Assembly (NCBI GenBank): GCA_016787105.1
Contig: JAEUVI010000341.1
Location: 1-27,794, forward strand
DNA: 27,794 bases
From: Chitinophagaceae bacterium
GTDB lineage: Bacteria > Bacteroidota > Bacteroidia > Chitinophagales > Chitinophagaceae
Direction: 5' to 3'
Numbering within the stretch: the stretch's first letter is position 1; each line of letters opens with the position of its first letter. Positions 16,628-25,244 of the stretch are shown here, in pieces. The notes beneath the pieces were generated by a model. It was not told where the DNA came from. It was given only the letters and a program-made list of their open reading frames with translations, and ran no database searches. A program made the position numbers and the translations under genes.

Positions 16628-17845
16628 ATGAACAGAGTTGTTATTACAGGTGTTGGCATTTATTCCTGCTTAGGAAAAAACCTTGATGAGGTTAAGGATT
16701 CACTGTACAAAGGCAAGTCGGGGATTATTCTGGATCCTGTGCGTAAGGAATACGGGTATCGTTCCGGTTTGACCGGCTTTGTAGAACGGCCAAACCTGAA
16801 AGGCCTTCTCGACCGCCGGGCCCGCATTATGCTGCCTGAGCAGGGTGAGTACGCTTACATGGCTACCATGGAAGCCCTGAATACAGCAAACATGAGCCAG
16901 GATTATATCAATGAACATGAAGTTGGTATTTTGTATGGCAATGATACTTCTGCCAAAGCGATTATTGATTCCAACGATATTTTAAGAGAAAAAAAAGATA
17001 CTACGCTTATTGGCTCAGCTGCTGTTTTTCAAACATTGAATTCCACAGTTAATATGAACCTGTCAACTATTTTCAAGTTGAAAGGAATCAATTTTACAAT
17101 AAGTGCAGCTTGTGCCAGTGGTTCGCATTCTATTGGCGTAGCATACCTGTTTATTAAGGCCGGCTTGCAGGATTGCATCATTACAGGCGGGGCACAGGAG
17201 ATCAATTATCTTTCTATGGGCACTTTTGATGCTCTTTCCGCTTTTTCTATTCGCGAATCAGAGCCTGAAAAAGCTTCCCGTCCTTTTGATAAGGATAGGG
17301 ACGGATTGATACCAAGCGGTGGGGCGGCGACAGTTATATTGGAAAGTCTTGAATCTGCTCAGCGCAGGGGCGCGCCGATACTGGCAGAAGTAATCGGCTA
17401 TGGTTTTTCATCAAATGGAGAACATATTTCAAATCCAACAGTGAATGGACCTGTCCGTTCATTACAAATGTCACTCAAAGATGCAGGAATACCTGCTTCA
17501 GAAATTGATTATATAAATGCTCATGCCACTTCCACACCGGCAGGCGATGCGAGTGAGGCCAGGGCAATCCACGAAGTGTTTAAAGGAACAGATGTGCCGG
17601 TAAGCTCTACTAAATCTATGACAGGCCATGAGTGCTGGATGGCTGGTGCCAGCGAAGTGGTGTATTCGTTCCTGATGATGAAAAACGGGTTCATTGCACC
17701 TAATATTAATTTCGAAAATCCAGACGAGGATTCCGCGAAATTGAATATCATAAAAACTTCCAAACACCAGGATATAGATGTATTTTTGTCCAACTCATTT
17801 GGCTTTGGAGGCACTAATTCATCCCTTGTCATACGAAAATGGTAA
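16628..17845 (+). CDS. Beta-ketoacyl-ACP synthase (FabB/FabF-like), intact catalytic triad
   Basis: ISAACASG (Cys), YINAHATST (His), KSMTGH (His) and SNSFGFGG. Confidence 0.92.
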   Translation: MNRVVITGVGIYSCLGKNLDEVKDSLYKGKSGIILDPVRKEYGYRSGLTGFVERPNLKGLLDRRARIMLPEQGEYAYMATMEALNTANMSQDYINEHEVGILYGNDTSAKAIIDSNDILREKKDTTLIGSAAVFQTLNSTVNMNLSTIFKLKGINFTISAACASGSHSIGVAYLFIKAGLQDCIITGGAQEINYLSMGTFDALSAFSIRESEPEKASRPFDKDRDGLIPSGGAATVILESLESAQRRGAPILAEVIGYGFSSNGEHISNPTVNGPVRSLQMSLKDAGIPASEIDYINAHATSTPAGDASEARAIHEVFKGTDVPVSSTKSMTGHECWMAGASEVVYSFLMMKNGFIAPNINFENPDEDSAKLNIIKTSKHQDIDVFLSNSFGFGGTNSSLVIRKW

Positions 17846-17857
17846 TTTTGACCGCTT

Positions 17858-18118
17858 ATGAATAGAAATCAAGAAATTATCGGGAAAATCAATGGTTTCC
17901 TGGTTGAGGAATTTGAGGTAGAACCTTCGGCAATTAAACCTGAAGCAAACCTGAAAGAAGTGTTGGAACTGGATAGTCTTGATTACATAGATCTGGTAGT
18001 TGTTATTGAAAATAATTTCTCCTTTAAAGTAAAGCCTGAAGACTTTACCAACATCGCTACTTTCCAGGATTTTTACGACTATATCATTTCCCGCGTCAGT
18101 ACTAAAGCAACAGCATAA
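17858..18118 (+). CDS. Acyl carrier protein 1
   Basis: 86 aa acidic protein with the LELDSLD phosphopantetheine site. Confidence 0.92.
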   Translation: MNRNQEIIGKINGFLVEEFEVEPSAIKPEANLKEVLELDSLDYIDLVVVIENNFSFKVKPEDFTNIATFQDFYDYIISRVSTKATA

Positions 18119-18993
18119 TGCCGCAATGGCATGGTAAATCAAGAGGTACCCGCCTGGGGTATGGTATCTTTATTGGTATCTTGAAAAAAGGAGGGGTATT
18201 GCCAGCCTACTTCCTGTTGCGGTTTGTTTCCTTTTACTTTTTCCTTTTTTCACCTAAATCTTCTAAAAGTTTATACCATTTTTTCAGGCAAAAAATCGGT
18301 TTTGGATTTTTTACCACCATCCATAAAATCTACAGGAATTATTATCTCTTTGGCCAGAGCCTTATAGATCGGATTGTTGTTATGAGTGGTATTCCCAACC
18401 GGTTTACTTTCAACTTTGATGGTGAAGAAAACCTGCACCAGATGGCCGCTTTGCAAAAAGGAGGGCTGCTCATAAGTTCCCATATCGGTAATTGGGAAAT
18501 AGCCGGCCACCTGTTGAAACGATTGAAAGCCCGTATCAATATTGTGATGTTTGATGGCGAACACCAGCAGTTGAAACAATATCTTACTGCTGTAACAGGA
18601 GAGCGCAATGCCAATATCATTGTAATTAAAAATGATCTTTCACATATTTACCAGATACAGGAAGCATTTGATAAAAACGAACTGGTATGTATGCATGCAG
18701 ATCGCTTCCTGGATGGGGTAAAAACAATTGAAACAGATTTCCTGGGACAGAAAGCAAAATTTCCCGCTGGCCCATTTATTTTGGCTCATAAATTTAAAGT
18801 ACCCGTTTCTTTTGTATTTGCACTGAAAGAAAGCAAATTGCATTACCATTTTTTTTCAAGTCCACTAAAGGAATATAGCGGCGATAGAAATGAAGTGCCA
18901 GCGCAGATATTGAAAGATTTTGTGAAAGAGATGGAGGTAAAAGTGAAATTATATCCCGAGCAGTGGTATAACTATTATGATTTCTGGCGATAG
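18118..18993 (+). CDS. LpxL/HtrB-family lipid acyltransferase
   Basis: SSHIGNWE, MHADR, FLG...FPAGP and YPEQWYN motifs; TAATG coupling to the ACP gene. Confidence 0.88.
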   Translation: MPQWHGKSRGTRLGYGIFIGILKKGGVLPAYFLLRFVSFYFFLFSPKSSKSLYHFFRQKIGFGFFTTIHKIYRNYYLFGQSLIDRIVVMSGIPNRFTFNFDGEENLHQMAALQKGGLLISSHIGNWEIAGHLLKRLKARINIVMFDGEHQQLKQYLTAVTGERNANIIVIKNDLSHIYQIQEAFDKNELVCMHADRFLDGVKTIETDFLGQKAKFPAGPFILAHKFKVPVSFVFALKESKLHYHFFSSPLKEYSGDRNEVPAQILKDFVKEMEVKVKLYPEQWYNYYDFWR

Positions 18994-19065
18994 GCTTTAG
19001 CCTTTTCCGAAGTAATCAAGCTTAACAATATTTACCAATATTGATCGAAACCCTTAAATCAAAAA

Positions 19066-19107
19066 AGCTTTTAGCTTACAGCCTAAGTCTTAAGGCCTAT
19101 AGCAAAT
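19066..19107 (+). repeat. Degenerate 7-bp tandem repeat
   Basis: agctttt/agcttac/agcctaa/gtcttaa/ggcctat/agcaaat in phase. Confidence 0.5.
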
Positions 19108-19528
19108 GAAACCTGTAACAGATATATTACCTTTTATTCCGCAGCGTCCACCCTTCGTAATGATACAGGAGTTGATTGCATGTGATGAAAATTCCGCGAT
19201 GACTACCCTGGTAGTAAAGGAAGAGAATATTTTTACAAAAAATGGGCTACTTGGCGAACCCGCCCTTGTTGAAAACATTGCACAAACAGCAGCGGCAAGG
19301 ATTGGATATATTTGCCAACAGGAAAATAAACCCGTGCCGATTGGCTATATTGCAGCAGTTCAAAACCTGATAATTTTCCGCCTGCCAAATGTGGGCGACA
19401 GGTTGAAAACTGAAATTGTTATTAAAAACCAGGTAATGCATGTTACTATCATTTCTGGTACTGTAAAAATATATGATGAGGTAATTGCCGGCTGTGAAAT
19501 GAAAATTTTTATTCAGAATAATTCATAA
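19106..19528 (+). CDS. HotDog-fold 3-hydroxyacyl-ACP dehydratase (FabA/FabZ-like)
   Basis: IPQRPPFVM and ENIAQTAAA motifs, 140 aa. Confidence 0.85.
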   Translation: MKPVTDILPFIPQRPPFVMIQELIACDENSAMTTLVVKEENIFTKNGLLGEPALVENIAQTAAARIGYICQQENKPVPIGYIAAVQNLIIFRLPNVGDRLKTEIVIKNQVMHVTIISGTVKIYDEVIAGCEMKIFIQNNS

Positions 19529-19546
19529 AACCAAATAATAACAGTT

Positions 19547-20197
19547 ATGAAACAGTTACGCCGTTATTCCATGTTGATAATCCTCATGGCTTCAGGTATG
19601 GTAGCGCAATTCAGCGTTTCTGCACAAACCATTAAAGATGTTTTTTCAAATTCAGAAACAAAGATTTTCTTTTATGGTATTGATTTTACTAAAACGAAAT
19701 TGATTGATGATATAACAGCCAATGAAAGCGATATTGTACAACGTCAATATGCAGGAATTAATCAACTTGCCATTAACGAACCGGATAAGTTTGATTTAAA
19801 AGCAGCTTTTGGCAGAACGATTGAACATGATATTACTACTGCTGTAAAAAGAAACGAAAAGGTAAACCCTGATGCAGTGAAGTCTTCTACTTCAGCGGAT
19901 TTCAACCGGTTTAAGGAAAGTGATGTAGCGGATATTGTAAAAACATTTGACGCAGATCCCAAGAACGGAGTGGGATTGTTATTTATAGTTGAATCAATGA
20001 GTAAGTCGGCAAAGGCTGCGAATATCTGGGTTACACTGTTTGATGCTAAAACAAAAAAAGTATTGATGACTGAAAAAATGGAAGGTAAGGCTGCCGGATT
20101 TGGTTTTCGCAATTACTGGGCAGGCAGCATCAAAGATGTAATACTGGATATCAAAAAGAAAAAATATAAAGAGTGGAAATCCAAATACGGCGGATAA
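19547..20197 (+). CDS. Secreted hypothetical protein
   Basis: Signal peptide ending VSA/Q and a soluble Lys/Asp-rich body with no motif I recognise. Confidence 0.75.
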   Translation: MKQLRRYSMLIILMASGMVAQFSVSAQTIKDVFSNSETKIFFYGIDFTKTKLIDDITANESDIVQRQYAGINQLAINEPDKFDLKAAFGRTIEHDITTAVKRNEKVNPDAVKSSTSADFNRFKESDVADIVKTFDADPKNGVGLLFIVESMSKSAKAANIWVTLFDAKTKKVLMTEKMEGKAAGFGFRNYWAGSIKDVILDIKKKKYKEWKSKYGG

Positions 20198-20218
20198 TTG
20201 CCGTACCTGATTTAATAA

Positions 20219-20641
20219 ATGGACAAACAACTTTCGGACAGAATAGAAGTACTGGTACGATTTAATGAAGCCGATCCTTTGGGAATTGTATGGCATGGCC
20301 ATTATATCCGCTATTTTGAAGATGGCAGAGAGGCATTTGGTAATAAATACGGAATCGGTTACCTGGATTTTTACAGGAAGAATATTATAATTCCTGTTGT
20401 AAATATTGATTGCAGTTATAAGCGTTCGTTGAAGTATGGAGAAAAAGTAGCTGTGGAAACAACGTTTATTCCCTGCGAAGCCGCCAAGCTGAAATTTGAA
20501 TACCGGTTATTCAATGCTGCAACCGGTGAATTGGTTGCTACCGGTTCATCGGTACAGGTTTTCCTGGATAAAGAAACATCGGTGCTTCAATTGACCAATC
20601 CTGTTTTTTTTGAAGAATGGAAAAGTAAAATGGGTCTGTAA
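20219..20641 (+). CDS. Acyl-CoA/ACP thioesterase (4HBT/YbgC family)
   Basis: VRFNEADPLGIVWHGHYIRYFEDGR motif. Confidence 0.9.
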   Translation: MDKQLSDRIEVLVRFNEADPLGIVWHGHYIRYFEDGREAFGNKYGIGYLDFYRKNIIIPVVNIDCSYKRSLKYGEKVAVETTFIPCEAAKLKFEYRLFNAATGELVATGSSVQVFLDKETSVLQLTNPVFFEEWKSKMGL

Positions 20642-20654
20642 TAATTTAATGTAC

Positions 20655-21803
20655 ATGAGCGAAGTCTTTATTGTTGCTGAAAATATCGTCTCGCCGCTTG
20701 GTATTACCGCCGCAGAAAATTTTGCGCAGCTGAAAAAAGCTGTTTCAGGTATTCAGTTGCATACAAGCGAATCGTTATCCTCAGAGCCGGTTCACGCTGC
20801 TTTATTCAGTGATGCACAAAAATTTCCTGTCAAAGAAAATAAGAGCACGAAGTATACAAAATTTGAGCAGTTATTAATAGCATCCGTTGAAGATGCGTTG
20901 AGCAAGGCCCATGTTGATGTAAAAAACAAAAAGACTTTATTGATTGTCTCATCCACCAAAGGAAATATAAGCCTGGTGGAAACTGCCGAAACGGTAAACG
21001 ATGAGTTGAAAAAAAGAATTGCTATTCATACTTCTGCGCAATTAGTCGCGGATTATTTTCAGTTTACTTCAAAGCCGGTAGTTATTTCGCATGCCTGTGT
21101 TTCCGGGTTAGCGGCTATTATTACTGCCATGCGTTTAATGCAATCGGGTCAGTATGATACCGCAGTAGTAGTGGGGGCCGATATTATTACGAAATTTATT
21201 TTATCGGGTTTTCAGTCTTTCCAGGCAGTAAGTGCAGAACCATGCAAACCATTCGATGCGGACAGGAATGGTATAACATTGGGTGAAGGAGCCGCTACAG
21301 TTATTCTGTCTGTAAACAGGCCAACGAACGGAGTTGTTATAAAAGTTTGCAGTGGCGCTACAAGCAACGATGCGAACCATATTTCGGGTCCCTCGCGTTC
21401 AGGCGAAGAATTGTACCAGGCTATAAATACAGCAATGAAACAAGCTGGTGTAAAGCCCGCTGATATTGATTTTATTTCAGCGCATGGTACTGCTACTATT
21501 TATAACGACGAAATGGAAGCGAAAGCGATTAATCTTGCAGGCATGCAGGATATACCTGTGAACAGTTTAAAAGGGTATTATGGCCATACACTTGGAGCAG
21601 CGGGCTTGATTGAAACGGTAGCAGCTGTTTATTCATTGAAAGAAAATATTGTATTACCAACCATCGGTTTTAAAAAAACAGGAACATCAAAACCCTTAAA
21701 TGTTTCAAACAAATTGCAGGAAAAAAAGCTTAGTACCTGTTTAAAAACGGCGTCTGGTTTTGGTGGATGTAACGCAGCAATTGTTTTAAAGAAAGAAAAT
21801 TGA
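20655..21803 (+). CDS. Beta-ketoacyl-ACP synthase, intact catalytic triad
   Basis: ISHACVSG, FISAHGTAT, KGYYGHTLGAAG and SGFGG motifs. Start moved from 20610 to MSEV at 20655, which removes a 32-nt overlap with the thioesterase gene. Confidence 0.9.
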   Translation: MSEVFIVAENIVSPLGITAAENFAQLKKAVSGIQLHTSESLSSEPVHAALFSDAQKFPVKENKSTKYTKFEQLLIASVEDALSKAHVDVKNKKTLLIVSSTKGNISLVETAETVNDELKKRIAIHTSAQLVADYFQFTSKPVVISHACVSGLAAIITAMRLMQSGQYDTAVVVGADIITKFILSGFQSFQAVSAEPCKPFDADRNGITLGEGAATVILSVNRPTNGVVIKVCSGATSNDANHISGPSRSGEELYQAINTAMKQAGVKPADIDFISAHGTATIYNDEMEAKAINLAGMQDIPVNSLKGYYGHTLGAAGLIETVAAVYSLKENIVLPTIGFKKTGTSKPLNVSNKLQEKKLSTCLKTASGFGGCNAAIVLKKEN

Positions 21804-21831
21804 TTGTTTAATTATCGTTGATAAAATAGTA

Positions 21832-22923
21832 ATGAAGTTTTACTCAAAGGACACAAAGACGGCATTAGAAGCAAAGGATTTAGCACAGTTTATTGCGTTT
21901 GGCCCCGTGGTATTCCAGGTTGCCAAAGTGGCAAGGGACCGGGGTATTCTTAAAGTAATAGAAGATAGTGGTTCAAAAGGTATAACAATTGAGGAGATTG
22001 TTGAAAAAACGAAATTGCCGCATTACGGCGTTCGTGTATTGCTGGAATCATCATTAGGTATCGGCCTCGTTATAATAAATGATGAGAAATATAAATTGAC
22101 CAAAACCGGTTATTTTATTTTGCACGATCCGCTTACAAAAGTGAACATGGATTTTATTCACGATGTAAATTATAAAGGTCTCTTTCACTTGGAAGAAGCT
22201 ATCGTAGAAGAAAAACCTGCGGGTCTGCGGGAGTTGGGAAACTGGCCCACAATCTATGAAGGCCTTTCGCAACTGCCACCGCATATTCAGAAAAGCTGGT
22301 TTGGATTTGATCATTTCTTTTCTGATATCGCATTCCCGCTTGTGTTAAAACATGTATACAAAGATGGAATAAAAAACATATTGGATATAGGTGGTAATAC
22401 AGGAAAGTGGGCTATTGCATCTGCAAAATACAGGGATGATATTCATGTTACAATTGTTGACCTGCCCGGTCAGGCTAATATGGCTAAAAAAAGGATAGAG
22501 GAACTGGGTTTGAGCGATCGTGTGTCTTTTTATCCTGTAAACCTGCTTGACGAAAAACAAAAATTGCCGAAAGGAGCTGATGCGATCTGGATGAGCCAGT
22601 TCCTGGATTGTTTTTCTGAAAAGGAAATCGTTTCAATCCTTAAAAGATGCGCTGAAGCATTGGATGATAATGGCTATGTGCTGATATTGGAAGCATTCTG
22701 GGACAATCAGCGCTTTGAAACAGCAGCTTTCTGCCTGCAGCAAACATCCATTTATTTTACAGCGTTGGCAAATGGCAATAGCCAGATGTATGATTCAAGG
22801 GTTTTTATAAAATGTATTCACGACGCCGGATTTGAAATTGTGGAGCAGGTAGAGAATATTGGGCTGAGCCATACATTGTTGAAATGTAAGAAAAGCCCCC
22901 TGTTCCCCAAAGGGGGAACTTAG
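21832..22923 (+). CDS. Class I SAM methyltransferase, O-methyltransferase family 2 with N-terminal HTH dimerisation domain
   Basis: LDIGGNTGKW, IVDLP and IWMSQFLDCF motifs. The last residues (SPLFPKGGT) are encoded by a palindromic repeat. Confidence 0.88.
   Translation: MKFYSKDTKTALEAKDLAQFIAFGPVVFQVAKVARDRGILKVIEDSGSKGITIEEIVEKTKLPHYGVRVLLESSLGIGLVIINDEKYKLTKTGYFILHDPLTKVNMDFIHDVNYKGLFHLEEAIVEEKPAGLRELGNWPTIYEGLSQLPPHIQKSWFGFDHFFSDIAFPLVLKHVYKDGIKNILDIGGNTGKWAIASAKYRDDIHVTIVDLPGQANMAKKRIEELGLSDRVSFYPVNLLDEKQKLPKGADAIWMSQFLDCFSEKEIVSILKRCAEALDDNGYVLILEAFWDNQRFETAAFCLQQTSIYFTALANGNSQMYDSRVFIKCIHDAGFEIVEQVENIGLSHTLLKCKKSPLFPKGGT
22895..22919 (-). repeat. REP-like palindromic element, copy 3 (shorter variant, tail-then-hairpin orientation)
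   Basis: gccccct followed by gttcccc-aaag-ggggaac, a perfect 7-bp stem. Confidence 0.55.
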
Positions 22924-23031
22924 GATTAATATTCGTTTAGGATAATCAAGTTCTTTTATCGGAAATAGCCGAAATTCAGGTGAGACTATTAATAGATGAA
23001 TTTTCATTAAGCAAGGGCTGTGTCTGGATGG

Positions 23032-23066
23032 CTTCCCCTTTTGAGGGAAGTCGGAAGGAGGCCGTT
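23032..23066 (+). repeat. REP-like palindromic element, copy 4
   Basis: cttccc-cttttga-gggaag stem; gtcggaaggaggccgtt (23050-23066) is identical to the same 17 nt in copy 5. Confidence 0.75.
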
Positions 23067-23078
23067 TAATTTTATTAT

Positions 23079-24332
23079 ATGCAAACAGAAAAAACAGATG
23101 TGTTGGTAATCGGCGCAGGTCCTTCAGGAACTGTTGCTGCATCCATTGTACACCAGGCAGGTTTCAAAGTAAAGATTGTTGAGAAATTAAAATTTCCTCG
23201 CTTTGTAATCGGTGAAAGTTTATTGCCGAGATGCATGGAGGCATTGGAAGAAGCGAAATTTCTGGATGCGGTGAAAGCAAAAGGATACCAGCAAAAATTC
23301 GGGGCGAAATTTGTAAAGAATGGTAAAGTGTGCGATTATTCTTTTGCTGATCAGTTTACAAAAGGCTGGACGTCGACATGGCAGGTACCGCGTGCCGATT
23401 TTGATAGCACACTTGCAAATGCCGTAGAAAAAATGGGCGTGCCGGTGGAATACGAAACAACTGTAACCGGCATCGTTTTTAATGAAGACGGATCATCTGT
23501 TACTACAGTAGAAGACTTACATGGAAATAAAAGACAAATAGAAGCACGTTTTATAATTGATGGTAGCGGTTATGGTAGAGTGATACCAAAGCTCTTCAAT
23601 ATGGAGCGACCTTCCAACCTGCCGCCAAGAAAAGCGTTGTTTTCACATACTGTAGATTTGAAGCGATCCATGGATGATGAACCTAACCGTATTACCATTG
23701 TAGTGCATCAAAAAGGTGTTTGGATTTGGATTATTCCTTTTTCTTCGGGCATCACTTCGTTGGGGTATGTAGGAAACAAAGAATTTTTCGATCAATATGC
23801 TGGTACGCCTGAGGAACAGTTCAGGGCGCTAATAGCAACACAGCCTTATATAGCCGATCGAATGAAAGATGTGGAATTACTTTTCCCACCAAGAGAATTG
23901 AATTCATGGTCTGCCAGTACCGATAGATTTTACGGGGATGGTTTTGTGCTGACAGGTAATGTAACAGAGTTTTTGGATCCTGTATTTTCCTCCGGTGTTA
24001 CATTGGCTACGGTTTCGAGTCAATTGGCAGGTAACCTGGTAGTGCGAAAATTAAAGGGCGGCGAAGTTGACTGGAACAAAGAATACATGGATATTATGAT
24101 GCAGGGAGTAAATACTTTTCGTACCTACGTGATGGCGTGGTATGACGGAACGCTCGATACTATCTTTTTTGCAAACGATCAGGATCCTTTGATCAAGAGC
24201 CAGATATGTTCAGTGCTTGCAGGATATGTTTGGGATATGTCAAATCCATATGTGAAGGATCATAAGCATAATGTATATAAATTGGCGAGAATGATCGAAA
24301 TGCGGGACAGTCTTGCCAAATCAAACGCTTAA
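23079..24332 (+). CDS. Flavin-dependent halogenase-family protein (carrier-protein-substrate type)
   Basis: VIGAGPSG, IGESLLP, GYQQK(73)FG, W(215)IWIIP (the WxWxIP motif) and FLDPVFSSGV. Confidence 0.82.
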   Translation: MQTEKTDVLVIGAGPSGTVAASIVHQAGFKVKIVEKLKFPRFVIGESLLPRCMEALEEAKFLDAVKAKGYQQKFGAKFVKNGKVCDYSFADQFTKGWTSTWQVPRADFDSTLANAVEKMGVPVEYETTVTGIVFNEDGSSVTTVEDLHGNKRQIEARFIIDGSGYGRVIPKLFNMERPSNLPPRKALFSHTVDLKRSMDDEPNRITIVVHQKGVWIWIIPFSSGITSLGYVGNKEFFDQYAGTPEEQFRALIATQPYIADRMKDVELLFPPRELNSWSASTDRFYGDGFVLTGNVTEFLDPVFSSGVTLATVSSQLAGNLVVRKLKGGEVDWNKEYMDIMMQGVNTFRTYVMAWYDGTLDTIFFANDQDPLIKSQICSVLAGYVWDMSNPYVKDHKHNVYKLARMIEMRDSLAKSNA

Positions 24333-24353
24333 AATTTATTGTTGAGATTTAAG

Positions 24354-24980
24354 ATGACAGAACAGATAAAATATATAACGGCAACATGCAGAATCTGTAA
24401 TGGTGCTGTTTATAAAAACGAGGAGCTGCTTTTTGAAAATAAAGAAGGTAGTGCTCCGGAGTTTTTACTGGCATTGTATAAACACATCAGCATGGATTAT
24501 CCTAAATTTTATAAAATGGATAATCTCGCAAAACTGGGATTGCTTGGCGCCGAAATAGTATTGAAAGATGATTTTAAAAAAGAAAGGTACAAGCCGGAAG
24601 ATGTAGCAGTTGTGTTGGCTAATTCAAATGCCAGCCTCGATGCTGATACCAACTATTGGGACAGTGTTAAAAATATTCCCAGCCCGGCATTGTTTGTTTA
24701 TACCCTGCCGAATATTGTTGTTGGCGAAATTTGTATCAGGAATGGTTTTAAAGGAGAGAATATATTTTTTATACAGGACAGATTTGATGCCTCATTCATA
24801 AATTTTTATGTTAATGATTTGTTCGATAGCCATAACATAAAAGCATGTGTTTGCGGATGGGTTGAAATGACCGGCGAAGAGTATAAAGCTGTTTTATATT
24901 TAGTGGAAAAACCAACCGGCGATGAAGTATTATTTTCGGTTGATAATATTAATAACATTTACGAGTTAACCAATGGATAA
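24354..24980 (+). CDS. Small KS-like/chain-length-factor-like protein
   Basis: YPKFYKMDNLAKLG and PSPALFVYTLPN resemble a KS N-terminal fold, and no TAC/H/H triad is present. ATG at 24354 is preferred over TTG at 24339. Confidence 0.7.
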   Translation: MTEQIKYITATCRICNGAVYKNEELLFENKEGSAPEFLLALYKHISMDYPKFYKMDNLAKLGLLGAEIVLKDDFKKERYKPEDVAVVLANSNASLDADTNYWDSVKNIPSPALFVYTLPNIVVGEICIRNGFKGENIFFIQDRFDASFINFYVNDLFDSHNIKACVCGWVEMTGEEYKAVLYLVEKPTGDEVLFSVDNINNIYELTNG

Positions 24981-25230
24981 ATTAATGTACAATCTGAAAG
25001 AGCAGATTATCCGTCAGCTAAACCTGAAAGACCTGAAGCCAGAAGATATTGGCGATGATCAACCTCTTTTTGTGGAAGGCCTCGGCCTTGATTCTATTGA
25101 TGCGCTTGAGTTGATTGTATTGCTGCAGCAGGAATATAAAATCAAACTCGCCAATGCGGAAGAAGGACAATCTGTTTTCCGCTCTGTAAGAACGATGGCG
25201 CAATATATTACTGAACACCAACCAGCCTGA
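24973..25230 (+). CDS. Acyl carrier protein 2
   Basis: 85 aa with the LGLDSIDALEL site; overlaps the upstream stop by 8 nt. Confidence 0.92.
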   Translation: MDKLMYNLKEQIIRQLNLKDLKPEDIGDDQPLFVEGLGLDSIDALELIVLLQQEYKIKLANAEEGQSVFRSVRTMAQYITEHQPA

Positions 25231-25244
25231 TTGGGCAGCCCTGC

